Source: Gemmatimonadota bacterium
GTDB lineage: Bacteria > Gemmatimonadota > Gemmatimonadetes > Gemmatimonadales > GWC2-71-9
Reading direction: 5' to 3'
DNA length: 64,000 bases
Assembly (NCBI GenBank): GCA_020350425.1
Contig: CP070716.1
Coordinates: 2,077,373-2,141,372 of the forward strand
Shown one piece after another: positions 8,889 through 17,917 of the stretch. Position numbers and translations under genes: made by a program. Within the stretch, counting starts at the first letter, position 1; every line of letters starts with the position of its first letter. The notes below the pieces were generated by a model that searched no databases, had not been told where the DNA came from, and saw only the letters and a list, made by a program, of their open reading frames with translations.

Positions 8889-9716
8889 CTAGGGCCTAGG
8901 GCCGGGCGCTCGACGGGTGGCCACGCCCGTCACGCTGAAGCGCTCGAGCCGCGAAGGGTAAGCGGTGGCAAGCAGGATACCGCGGTTGTCCCCGCCCAGC
9001 GAGATACCGATGCTCCAGCGGTCGATCTTGAAGTTGCTCCCCAAGTCTACGGTCGCCAGGGCGCCGACGGGGAGCTTGCCTCCGGTGGCGATCTGGAGGC
9101 CGGCGCGGTACAGCGCTTCCACGTCGGAGATCTCGGTCTCCTCGACCACCAGTACTTCGGCGGCCAGCTGGAGGTGGCGCGCCAGGGGGACCCAGCTCAG
9201 CCCCACCACACCGGTGATCGGCAGAATGCTGTCCCGCACCACCGGTCGCCCGATGTTGCGCACGACGATCCCCACGCTCAGGGGAGGGGCGAGCAGGTAG
9301 GAGAAGCCGACATCGCCGGCACGGTCGTTGTCGCCCTCGCCGGTGAACCAGGCGACGGATCCGCCGAGCGCGCCCCGCGTGAATCCCAGGCCCACCCCGA
9401 AGTGCCAGATGTTGCTGGACGTGCCGTCGGGAAGCCGGCTCTGCTGGAATGCGATGGAGAAGCCCCGCGAGTTGAAGCCCAGGGACCACTGCCCCAGCCG
9501 GGCGTCGCCCTCGGCAGGCCGATCCAGCACCAGCTCGCCCATCACCGACGCCTCTCTCACCACACCGAGCCCTGCGGGATTCAGCCACGTCGCTCGCACA
9601 TCCTCGACCGTCGAGACGAACAGGTAATCGCTCGACCGGGGTCGTATGCCCTGTGCGGTCGCCGACCCGGCAACGAGGGCCACCGCGAGCAGGCCGACGA
9701 ACGGCGAGTGCCGCAC
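8889..9716 (-). CDS. putative outer-membrane beta-barrel protein
   Basis: GTG 9716 gives the signal peptide VRHSPFVGLLAVALVAGSATAQG and sits 1 nt after the upstream stop. Alternating amphipathic strands (WSLGFNSRGFSIAF, WHFGVGLGFTRG, VGFSYLLAP, RWSIGISLGG). The family was not recognised. Confidence 0.55.
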   Translation of the reverse strand: MRHSPFVGLLAVALVAGSATAQGIRPRSSDYLFVSTVEDVRATWLNPAGLGVVREASVMGELVLDRPAEGDARLGQWSLGFNSRGFSIAFQQSRLPDGTSSNIWHFGVGLGFTRGALGGSVAWFTGEGDNDRAGDVGFSYLLAPPLSVGIVVRNIGRPVVRDSILPITGVVGLSWVPLARHLQLAAEVLVVEETEISDVEALYRAGLQIATGGKLPVGALATVDLGSNFKIDRWSIGISLGGDNRGILLATAYPSRLERFSVTGVATRRAPGPRP

Positions 9717-9717
9717 G

Positions 9718-10554
9718 CTACGGGACGACGGCAAGGGTATCGAACCGGAGCTGGGTGACGGGAATGGAGCTGCCCATGGCAAGCACGAGCGCGGTGCTGC
9801 GGGAGGTGTCGGCGGAGGTGCCGCCGAGGTAGCGACCGTCTGCTGAGACGTAACGATCCGAGTGCTGCACTCCGCTCCCCTCGATCGAGATCTCGCTGCC
9901 TCCCTGCAACCCTCGTCCTGATAGAGTGTAGCGGGCCACGCTCAAGATGTGTAGGGCTCGAGCCTGGGCGTATTGTGTCCACGCCATCGCCTGGTGATCG
10001 GTGAGCACGCGAATCCGGATATCGAACCCGGCGCCCGGGCTCACCGTCTCCAGCGTGTCCGACCACGCCTGTCCCGGCACGACCCCTCCGTCAGGGAACT
10101 GCGGGAAGATGCGTTCGAGCCCCGACGCCAGCTGCCGAACCAGCGCGGTGGCGCTGTCTCCTCCCGTGAAACCGTCGATGACGCCCTCCGGCCGCAGCAC
10201 GCCGGTGAATCTCGTCCCGGCGGCCGCCTCCGCCTCGGCGGCCAGGAGCCCTCCGCCCGCCGCCACGGGGACCGAGTCGACGGTGAGCGCGACGGTCATG
10301 CCGTCGCCGAAGTCGACGGCCTCCGCCGAGACGTAGTACCGCAGGCTGAACTCGCTCACGATGGCCTGCCCGCTGAACTCCTGCTCGACCCTTCCGTGCG
10401 ACGCCGCCACGTACTGCGTCGCAAACGGCCGGTAGACGAGCCGTTCGGGTGTCGGTGCGGGGGGGGCAGCCGCCGTACGACTGCCCGGGGAGCCGCCGCA
10501 GCCGAGCGCTGCGCCTCCCACCGCGAGAAGCGTGATACGCACGAGCCCGTTCAT
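9718..10554 (-). CDS. hypothetical lipoprotein
   Basis: Signal peptide plus lipobox MNGLVRITLLAVGGAALGCGG. 278 aa with high GC3. No family recognised. Confidence 0.6.
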   Translation of the reverse strand: MNGLVRITLLAVGGAALGCGGSPGSRTAAAPPAPTPERLVYRPFATQYVAASHGRVEQEFSGQAIVSEFSLRYYVSAEAVDFGDGMTVALTVDSVPVAAGGGLLAAEAEAAAGTRFTGVLRPEGVIDGFTGGDSATALVRQLASGLERIFPQFPDGGVVPGQAWSDTLETVSPGAGFDIRIRVLTDHQAMAWTQYAQARALHILSVARYTLSGRGLQGGSEISIEGSGVQHSDRYVSADGRYLGGTSADTSRSTALVLAMGSSIPVTQLRFDTLAVVP

Positions 10555-10799
10555 GATGCCACCTCATGCCTCGCCAGGAGTTCGTCCTTGGTGCGCCCGA
10601 ACACGGCCACCATCTCGCCCGCGCGGGCGGACACCTGCAGCAGCTTCCACCCCTTGCGGCGCATGTCGGTGCGCCACCCGATGAGGCGCTGCCATCGCTC
10701 TTCGGTGGTGCGGAATACGCGGAGCTCCGCGACCTGCTCCCAGTCGACCGGGTATGGACGCGCGTCTGGCTCCGGTACGTCGCGCGGGCGCTTGGACAT
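10551..10799 (-). CDS. hypothetical small protein
   Basis: Internal ATG 10799 (MSKRPRDVPEPD...). The longer track ORF (to 10913) would run into the RNase P RNA 3' end. Its stop overlaps the lipoprotein start (ATGA). Confidence 0.45.
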   Translation of the reverse strand: MSKRPRDVPEPDARPYPVDWEQVAELRVFRTTEERWQRLIGWRTDMRRKGWKLLQVSARAGEMVAVFGRTKDELLARHEVAS

Positions 10800-10856
10800 G
10801 TCGTCAGTTGGAGGGTGTAGGGCTGCGGAATGATATGAAAGGCCGGCGCTCGAGGC

Positions 10857-11223
10857 CAGAGGTGGCGGAGCCGTAAGCCGAGTTCTGTTCGACGCGGAGC
10901 GCCGGAAGGTCATCTATCTGGGATGGCGGTCACCCGCCACCTCGAGCGGCCTACCCGCGGCTCTGACGGCCCGGGCCGGGCCTCGCCGCCTATTTGGCCT
11001 TGCTCCGACTGGGGGTTGCCGTGCCACGACTGTTGCCAGCCGCGCGGTGGGCTCTTACCCCACCATTTCACCCTTACCCACCGAAGTGGGCGGTGTCTTT
11101 TCTGTGGCCCTGTCCGTCGCCTCGCGGCGCCCAGGCGTTACCTGGCAGTCTGCCCTATGGAGCTCGGACTTTCCTCGGTCCGCCCGAAGCGGACCGCGAC
11201 CTGTCACGCTCCACCACCTCTGC
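10857..11223 (-). ncRNA. rnpB: RNase P RNA, bacterial type A
   Basis: The reverse complement contains GAGGAAAGTCCGAGCTCC (CR-I), AAGGGTGAAATGGTGGGGTAAGAGCCCACCGCG, and ACAGAACTCGGCTTAC near the 3' end. The 5' CAGAGGTGGTGGAGC can pair with the 3' GGCTCCGCCACCTCTG (P1). Ends are approximate, +/-5 nt. Confidence 0.92.
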
Positions 11224-11326
11224 CCATAAAGATAGCGCCGCACGATCGCGCACCACAGGGCGGAGTTTGAGGGGTGGTTGACTGCCCAGCGCCATCCTCG
11301 CGCCCCCTGACGGCGAGGAAGAGGCG

Positions 11327-12187
11327 ATGGCACACGGGGCGAGTTCCATGGTGGCGACGGTCGTCGAGCCGCCGGTGCGGTCACGGCTCGATGCCGGGGC
11401 GGGCGGCCGATTCGCGGTCGTTCACAGCGAGACGCTGCGCGAGGCACTGCGAACGGTGCGGGAACGGTCGGTCAACGCGGTCCTGGTCTCGCCCCGGTGG
11501 GTGAGTCACGATCAGCTGCCCAGCCTCACGACGCTGGTACGCGGATTCCCGGGAGTACCCACCGTGGCGGTGCTCTCGCAGCACGACGCGCTCGCGAGCG
11601 AGCGGCTGTTGCATCTCGGGGCGTGCGGCGTACAGCGTGTGGTAGACCTGAGCGGGCGGGATGGGTGGCAGCGGCTGCGGGAGCTCGTGGCTCGGCCCAC
11701 CGGGCCCACTGCGTCCCTGATGCTCGCCAGGATCATCCCGGCGCTGGGTGGTGGCGCCAGCCCCGGCTGCAAGCGGTACTTCGACGTGATGGTGCGTCGC
11801 GCCCCGGGGGTCACGACCGTGCGGGCCCTCGCCAGGGGTCTCGGGGTAGGCGCGAGCACGTTCATGTCGCGGTTCTTCCGGGCGGGATTACCCTCGCCCA
11901 AGCGCTACCTGGCCGCCGTGCGCCTGGTCTACGCCGCGGGGCTCCTCGAGTCCCCGGGGCTCTCTATTGCGGACGTGGCGTACCGTCTCGAGTACTCCTC
12001 GCCGCAGAGCTTCAGCCGGCATCTCCGGACGGCGCTGGGCATGTCCGCCGGGGAGTTTCGCAAGCGATACGCGCTCGACGCTGCGTTGCAGGATTTCGTC
12101 TCGCGTCTGATCGTCCCGTATCGACAGCGGTTCCGCACGTTCCATCCGCTCCCCCCAGGGGTGAGTGACCACGGACAGGACTGGTAA
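11327..12187 (+). CDS. AraC family transcriptional regulator with receiver-like N-terminal domain
   Basis: C-terminal AraC HTH pair: VRALARGLGVGASTFMSRFFRAGLPSPKRYL ... IADVAYRLEYSSPQSFSRHLRTALGMSAGEFRKRY. The N-terminal ~120 aa resemble a degenerate CheY-like fold. Confidence 0.8.
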   Translation: MAHGASSMVATVVEPPVRSRLDAGAGGRFAVVHSETLREALRTVRERSVNAVLVSPRWVSHDQLPSLTTLVRGFPGVPTVAVLSQHDALASERLLHLGACGVQRVVDLSGRDGWQRLRELVARPTGPTASLMLARIIPALGGGASPGCKRYFDVMVRRAPGVTTVRALARGLGVGASTFMSRFFRAGLPSPKRYLAAVRLVYAAGLLESPGLSIADVAYRLEYSSPQSFSRHLRTALGMSAGEFRKRYALDAALQDFVSRLIVPYRQRFRTFHPLPPGVSDHGQDW

Positions 12188-12245
12188 CGGTGCGGGACGG
12201 CTGTGGGGCGATTGGGCGCGAGACGAAGCGACTGGCCGTGCCTGG

Positions 12246-13961
12246 TCAGGTCCGATGCGCGCCCGAGGGGCGGCGTACCGCGTGGTGTTCCTGAGTGGTG
12301 AGCTCCGGCTGCATCACCTGGAAGTGTGCGATGTGAGCCTGCAGGCGCTCGGCGAGGTCGGCGAGCTGCCGCCCGGTCTGCGTGAGGCTCTCCATGGCAG
12401 CGAGCTGGGCCGTCATGGCATGCGCCGCGCTGGACGCACCGGAGGATGACGTAGAGCTGATGTCGGCGACCCGGGAGAGGCGCTCGGCCAATCCGCTCAT
12501 GCGCTTGGCCTGGCTCTGCGAGCTCTGCGTGGTGGCGCTCACGAGCTCGGCCGCCTTGGCCGCTCCCTGCTGAATCGAGTCGAGCGCGGTCTTGGCTTCC
12601 TCGGCCACCGTGCCCACGTCCCGCACCTGGGATTCGCCCTTGCTCATGGCCGCAGCCACCACGCTGATCCCGGCCTGAATCTCGGAGACGACGTGCGTCA
12701 CCTCTCGGGCAGAGTCGGCGGCCTCGCCCGCGAGCGCGCGCACCTGATCTGCCACCGCCGCGAATCCCTCGCCGTGCTCCTCGGCGCGCGCCGCCTCGAT
12801 CGCCGCGTTGAGCGCCAGGAGTCTGGTGCGCCGGGCGATCTTGGAGATGGTTTCGGCGAACACGCCGATGCCTTCGGAGAGCGTGCGCAGCTCGTCGACG
12901 GCGGCTGCAGTGGCACGCACCTCGGTACCTACGCTCAGCAGCGCCTCGCCGGCGCGGAGCACGCTGTCCCGCCCGCGCTTCGAGGCCTCCACCAGTTCGC
13001 GCGCGTCCAACTGCATGAGCTCCGCGCGGGAATAGAGCTCCCTGGCCTCTTGCGCCGCGGTCGCCCCGTCGGAGCGACCCCCCGAAGCGAGCTCCTGCTG
13101 CTCGCGCATCGCGTCGGAAAGCTGGGATGCCGTGCCTGCGACCTCGCGGCCAGCGGCAAGCATCTCGCTGGCGTGCGTGGCAAGCAGCTCGGCGAATGCG
13201 GCGACTTCGTCGGCCTCGCGCTGGACCTGGGAGATGGTGGTGGCGGTCCCGTCGAGCATGCGGTTGAGCGAGCGTTCCAGGAAACCCAGCTCGTCCAGCT
13301 GCTCGGCGGGCGCTCGCACGCCGAGGTTGCCCGTCTCGGCCGCAGCCAGCACGCCGCGCGTGATGCGCACGCGCCGGACCAGCGCAGTGGAGAGCTGTGC
13401 CGTCATCCAAGTGGCGCCGAGGAAGAGGAGCGCCCCGAGGAAGACGGTGGCCGGCAGGTCCAGGGGGCCCCTGCCCTCGAACAGCCAGACGTGCAGGGCC
13501 GCGGCGATGATGTAGGCGAGCGACCCGGCCAGGATGAGGGACTCCCCCACGCCGCGACCCTGGTCCAGGGTGTACGGCACGATCGCCACGAAGAGCGCCG
13601 CGATCATCGCCCCGGGGCCGAAGAACACCACGAGTGCGGCGGCGAGCGCCACATCGATCCCCGCCAGCGCATAGATCCCCCACCAGCGATACCACCCGCG
13701 GCGCAGCAGTCCGGCCATCCCCGCGTTGGCGGCGGCCATCACGATCAGGAATGCAAGTACCGGAACCACGGTGGCGGTGACGGCACCCGCGACATTGCCG
13801 GCCAGCAGGAGGAGCGTGGTGGCGGCGATCATGATCCAGCGCCGCGTGACGCTTTCGCGCGCGGTCTCGCGGTCCTTCAGCCGCTGCTCTTCGGTGGGAG
13901 ACGCCTCGACCCAGCCCCGCATGCGCATCGCGAGGGAGACGCGCGAGTCACGCCGAACCAT
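12246..13961 (-). CDS. methyl-accepting chemotaxis protein (multi-TM sensor, HAMP, MCP signalling domain)
   Basis: Signalling hairpin core RRTRLLALNAAIEAARAEEHGEGFAAVADQVRALAGEAADSAREV. The N-terminus has several hydrophobic segments and no large periplasmic domain. The start may be ATG 13928 or 13922 rather than 13961, which overlaps pyrE. Confidence 0.85.
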   Translation of the reverse strand: MVRRDSRVSLAMRMRGWVEASPTEEQRLKDRETARESVTRRWIMIAATTLLLLAGNVAGAVTATVVPVLAFLIVMAAANAGMAGLLRRGWYRWWGIYALAGIDVALAAALVVFFGPGAMIAALFVAIVPYTLDQGRGVGESLILAGSLAYIIAAALHVWLFEGRGPLDLPATVFLGALLFLGATWMTAQLSTALVRRVRITRGVLAAAETGNLGVRAPAEQLDELGFLERSLNRMLDGTATTISQVQREADEVAAFAELLATHASEMLAAGREVAGTASQLSDAMREQQELASGGRSDGATAAQEARELYSRAELMQLDARELVEASKRGRDSVLRAGEALLSVGTEVRATAAAVDELRTLSEGIGVFAETISKIARRTRLLALNAAIEAARAEEHGEGFAAVADQVRALAGEAADSAREVTHVVSEIQAGISVVAAAMSKGESQVRDVGTVAEEAKTALDSIQQGAAKAAELVSATTQSSQSQAKRMSGLAERLSRVADISSTSSSGASSAAHAMTAQLAAMESLTQTGRQLADLAERLQAHIAHFQVMQPELTTQEHHAVRRPSGAHRT

Positions 13962-14535
13962 TGCCGTCCAGCTTGGAGATGCCCAGCTGCCCCAGTGACA
14001 CGAGGACGCGCAGCTGGTAGCCGGCGTGCTCGATCGCTGCGCGCCCCCCCTCCTCGCGGTCCACCACCGCCAGCACCCCGGCCACGACCCCTCCCGCTGC
14101 CGTGACCGCCTCAGCCGCGCGGAGCGCCGATTGGCCTGTCGTGATCACGTCCTCCACAACGACGGCGCGCACCCCCTCGTGAAAGCACCCTTCGATCTGG
14201 CGCCTTGCGCCGTGGCCCTTCGGCTCTTTGCGTACGGTGAATGCGTCGAGGTAGGGCGGCGCCTGCCGGCTCGCCATGGCGACGCCGTACGCCACCGGGT
14301 CGGCGCCGAGCGTGAGCCCTCCCACCACCGCGGCGTCCCATCCGGCGTCTCGGATGGCCGCCAGGCCGAGCTCCCCGATGAGCTCGAGACCTCGGGCCGA
14401 CATCGTGGTGCGCCGCGCGTCGACGTAGTAGCTGGACGTACGGCCGGAAGCGAGGGTGAATTCCCCCAGCCGAACCGACCTATCCCTCAGTAATTGGGCG
14501 AGTTCGGCGATCTGGGCGGGGGGAGCGGGTGTCAT
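13948..14535 (-). CDS. pyrE: orotate phosphoribosyltransferase
   Basis: 195 aa. FTLASGRTSSYYVD, and PRPP-binding loop VVVEDVITTGQSAL. Confidence 0.9.
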   Translation of the reverse strand: MTPAPPAQIAELAQLLRDRSVRLGEFTLASGRTSSYYVDARRTTMSARGLELIGELGLAAIRDAGWDAAVVGGLTLGADPVAYGVAMASRQAPPYLDAFTVRKEPKGHGARRQIEGCFHEGVRAVVVEDVITTGQSALRAAEAVTAAGGVVAGVLAVVDREEGGRAAIEHAGYQLRVLVSLGQLGISKLDGNGSA

Positions 14536-14575
14536 AGGTGGCTGGACCGTCCCATGGTAGTAGCGACCGCAACTA

Positions 14576-15514
14576 CTAGTAGTTCTCTTCCCGGTTTCTG
14601 CGGAACATGGACTTGATACCGCCCAGGAATCCGCGGCCGCCGTCGCCGGCCTCCGCGGGTGATTCCGGGGCGCCCTCCGCCCCCAGCGATATCTGCCGCG
14701 CGAGCTCCGTCACCGACTGCTGGCGGTCGGCGGGGTTGCGGGACAGTCCGCGCATCACGGCGCGCTCCAGCGCCCTCGGGAACGTCAGACCCGGGACGGC
14801 CGCGTTGAGAGCCGTGGGGTCCTGCGTGAGGAGCTGCTGGAACAGCTCCCGGGGAGAGCGCCCGCTATAGGGGTGCCGTCCCGTGAGCAGGTAGTAGGCG
14901 ATCGTCGCCACGCTGTAGATGTCGGCCGCCTCTTCCACCAGCTCGCCCGAGAGCGCTTCGGGCGCGACGTAGTGCAGCGTGCCGACGAAGAACCCGGTCC
15001 GTGTGAGCCGCTCGGCAGCGTCTAGCTCGGCGTCGCGCGCGATCCCGAAGTCCAGTAGCTTGACCTCGCGCGTGCTCGGATTGTAGACGATGTTCTCGGG
15101 CTTCAGGTCGCGGTGGATGATTCCCACCGCATGAGCGGCGTCGATACCCTCGGACAAGCCCGAGACGATGTGTGCCGAGAGGGACGGGGACAGGCGGCCG
15201 GACCTCTGCACGAACTTGGAGAGCGGTTCTCCGTCGACCCACTCCAGCGCCAGGTAATGCAGTCCGTCGACCTCGCCGTAGTCGAAGGTACGAACCACCG
15301 ACGGGTGAACCACGCGCGAGTGATAGCCCGCTTCACGCAGGAACCGCTTGATCGCGGTCGGGTCGGCGCGCAGGCGCTCGCGCAGGATCTTCACGGCGAC
15401 GCGGCCGTGCTCCGGGTGGTCCGCTCGATAGACCGTTGCGGTGCCGCCTTCGCCGACCCGCTCGAGGAGCCGGTAGGTCGCGATGGTGCGACCGGCGAGG
15501 TTCTCTTGGGGCAT
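14576..15514 (-). CDS. serine/threonine protein kinase
   Basis: ATG 15514 (MPQENLAGRTIATYRLLERVGEGGTATVY). Hanks motifs VAVKIL, HRDLKPENI, DFGIA, APE. The upstream 209 codons of the 522-aa track ORF are Arg/Pro-rich and look spurious. Confidence 0.88.
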   Translation of the reverse strand: MPQENLAGRTIATYRLLERVGEGGTATVYRADHPEHGRVAVKILRERLRADPTAIKRFLREAGYHSRVVHPSVVRTFDYGEVDGLHYLALEWVDGEPLSKFVQRSGRLSPSLSAHIVSGLSEGIDAAHAVGIIHRDLKPENIVYNPSTREVKLLDFGIARDAELDAAERLTRTGFFVGTLHYVAPEALSGELVEEAADIYSVATIAYYLLTGRHPYSGRSPRELFQQLLTQDPTALNAAVPGLTFPRALERAVMRGLSRNPADRQQSVTELARQISLGAEGAPESPAEAGDGGRGFLGGIKSMFRRNREENY

Positions 15515-15634
15515 GTGAGTGCGCGAAAGTAAGCCCTGGCCCTGAGCTTCGGCAAGTCGGATTTGCGGCCGCAGGCGGTCACCGTGACAGGTGACACGGC
15601 CAGTCAGCGGCACGCGACTATCTTGGTTGTTGGC

Positions 15635-17854
15635 ATGAGAATACCTCATCTCGTTCTCGTCGCGCTCGCCGCACTCGCGGTGCCGGCGGCGACGTCGCTG
15701 CGGTCCGCACGTGACGACCCGGGGGCCGCCTGGCACGAAGCGGTCCGGCTGCGCGCGGTCCTGGAGGCCGGCGCCCCGGAGCGCGGGGACGTTCTCGCGG
15801 CGGTGCGTGCCGAGCTGGCGCTCGGCCGGCCGGAGCGCGCGAGGGCGATCCTGCTCGAGCACGGTGGCGCATCGGCTTCGGACCCCGGGACATTGCCGCT
15901 GCTGGCCGAGGCCGCGTACGAGACCGACGACTACGAGGTCGCGGGGGCCCTGTTCAGCAGGGCGGCCGCCCACGTGACTGGTGCGGACCGGGGGGCGCTC
16001 ACCGCGCGGGCCGCGGACGCCTACGAGCGGGCGGGCCTGCGCGACTCGGCCAGGTTTTACTATCAGGCGGCGCGGCGGGAGCTTCGGCCCATCGGGGGGT
16101 GGCTTGCGCTGCGGGAGGCTCGTGTCACCGACGACCCGGCGCAAGCGTTCGGCCTGTTGCGGGAGGTGCCTCCTGAGGCGGCGCCGGAAGCCGCTCGGAT
16201 CAGGGCCGGTCTGTTCCTCGCGGCCGGCGACACGCTACGCGCGATCGAGTCGCTGGTGACGGCTGAGGCGACGCCGGAGGCTGCCAGCCTTGCCTTTGCC
16301 CTGGGCGATTCGACCGCGGGGCGCCGCCTGGCGTACGAGGCGTTGCGCTCGAGTGACACGAGTGAGGTACGTGCCGCCCTTGAGATGATCGAGGCCGGGC
16401 TGGACGCCTCCGCCGGGCCGGAGGATTTGATCGCCGTAGCCGAGGCACACAGGCGGTTGCGGGGGCGAGCGGAGGCAGCAGCGCTGGCGCGACGGGCGGG
16501 CGGCAGCCCACACGCGTCGGCGCGTGTCGCGCGGCTCTGGGGCGACATGGAAGTCGATGTCGGCGAGGTGAGAAACGGCATCAAGGCGTACGAGCGGGCG
16601 GCGGAGCTTGGAGGGAGAGAAGGGGCGTTGGCCGAGTACAAGCGTGCGCGGCAGCTTTCGCGGCTTGGGCGAGTGAGCGAGGGCAGCCGGGCACTGCTTG
16701 CGTTTGCAGCGGCGCATCCGGATCACACGCTGGCGCCGCAGGCGGTGTATCTGGTTGCGGAACGGGACCGGCGCGCCGGGCGCCACGGCACGGCTGACAG
16801 CCTCTTTCGTGAGGTAGGGCTGCGCTGGCCCACCCACGAGTACGCCGGCCGGTCACGCCTTGCCCTGGCCGCGCGAAGCCTCGCGCGGCGTGATTCGGCA
16901 GAAGCCGTCGCGTGGTACGAGGAAGAGGCGGCTGTTCGCGGGCCCCGGCGATACGCGGCCCGCTTCCTTCTCGCGCAGGTGCACCAGGGCTCCGGTGACA
17001 GCGCCGCTGCGCACGAGCTGTGGACGGCGCTGGGGAGCGAGGACTCGCTCGGCTACTACGGGACGATGGCGCGCGTGCAGGTTGGCATGCCGCGGCCGCG
17101 CTTCGAGCCTCACCCGCGGCCGGTCGCGGCGCTGGCGGTGCGCGTGGTCCTCGAACGCATCGACCTGCTGCAGGCAGCGGGAATGGCGTGGGAGGTGGAA
17201 GCCGTCGTGCGCTCGAGCGTCGCCCTCGAGGACCGGCCGGCGCAGGAGACGCTCGACCTCGCGGAGGGTCTCATTGAACGGGGCTGGGTGTCACATGGGA
17301 TCCGCCTTGGATGGCGAGCGGCGCGCACGCTCACCCTGAACGACCCGCGAGTGGTACGCGCGATCTTCCCGTGGCCGGAGCGGGTGCTCATCGAGCGCGA
17401 GGCCACCGAATACGGTGTGGACCCGTACCTCCTTGCGGCGCTGATCCGCCAGGAGTCGAGCTTCATGCCGGATGCGACCTCCCGGGCGGGCGCGCGAGGG
17501 CTCATGCAGCTGATGCCTTCGACGGCGCGGGGTGTGGCGCGGCGTCTGGGTATCGAGTGGAGCGACGACCTCCTCGGTGTGCGTGACGCGAACCTGCACG
17601 TCGGTACCGCGCACCTCGCCGCGTTGCTCGATGGGTACGACCAGGACATCGTTCTCGCGCTCGCCGCCTACAACGCCGGAGGGCGCCCCGTGGCGCGGTG
17701 GAGGCGGTATCCGGAGGCCGACGATCCATTCCGGTTCGTCGAGCGGGTGCCGTACGAAGAGACGCAGGGCTACCTCAAGACCGTGCTGCGCAACATCGAG
17801 CTCTACCGTGCCCTCCATCCGCCGGATGAGCCCGCTCCGGTAGATCAGAACTGA
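15635..17854 (+). CDS. soluble lytic murein transglycosylase (Slt70-like, TPR/superhelical N-domain)
   Basis: ATG 15635 gives the signal peptide MRIPHLVLVALAALAVPAATS. C-terminal catalytic motif LLAALIRQESSFMPDATSRAGARGLMQLMPSTA ... AYNAG. Confidence 0.88.
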   Translation: MRIPHLVLVALAALAVPAATSLRSARDDPGAAWHEAVRLRAVLEAGAPERGDVLAAVRAELALGRPERARAILLEHGGASASDPGTLPLLAEAAYETDDYEVAGALFSRAAAHVTGADRGALTARAADAYERAGLRDSARFYYQAARRELRPIGGWLALREARVTDDPAQAFGLLREVPPEAAPEAARIRAGLFLAAGDTLRAIESLVTAEATPEAASLAFALGDSTAGRRLAYEALRSSDTSEVRAALEMIEAGLDASAGPEDLIAVAEAHRRLRGRAEAAALARRAGGSPHASARVARLWGDMEVDVGEVRNGIKAYERAAELGGREGALAEYKRARQLSRLGRVSEGSRALLAFAAAHPDHTLAPQAVYLVAERDRRAGRHGTADSLFREVGLRWPTHEYAGRSRLALAARSLARRDSAEAVAWYEEEAAVRGPRRYAARFLLAQVHQGSGDSAAAHELWTALGSEDSLGYYGTMARVQVGMPRPRFEPHPRPVAALAVRVVLERIDLLQAAGMAWEVEAVVRSSVALEDRPAQETLDLAEGLIERGWVSHGIRLGWRAARTLTLNDPRVVRAIFPWPERVLIEREATEYGVDPYLLAALIRQESSFMPDATSRAGARGLMQLMPSTARGVARRLGIEWSDDLLGVRDANLHVGTAHLAALLDGYDQDIVLALAAYNAGGRPVARWRRYPEADDPFRFVERVPYEETQGYLKTVLRNIELYRALHPPDEPAPVDQN

Positions 17855-17917
17855 CGGTCCCGGGCCTCGGTTTCCCTGCATGCGGCGGGGCGTTTCCCTT
17901 GAGGCTATTTTCTTCCC

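Noticed and set aside
10923-11447. Several 60-130-aa ORFs on both strands (10923-11270, 10994-11281, 11047-11229, 11055-11447, 11155-11349)
   Set aside because: The region is the RNase P RNA gene (conserved CR-I, CR-II and CR-V sequences on the minus strand) plus its flanks, so the ORFs are incidental.
11929-13695. 588-aa minus-strand ORF overlapping the MCP gene in another frame
   Set aside because: Its composition is extremely Arg/Gly/Ala/Pro-rich with no motifs. The MCP frame carries the canonical signalling-domain sequence.
15515-16144. N-terminal 209-codon extension of the Ser/Thr kinase ORF
   Set aside because: The extension is Arg/Pro-rich junk overlapping the slt gene on the other strand. 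The kinase domain begins right after ATG 15514.
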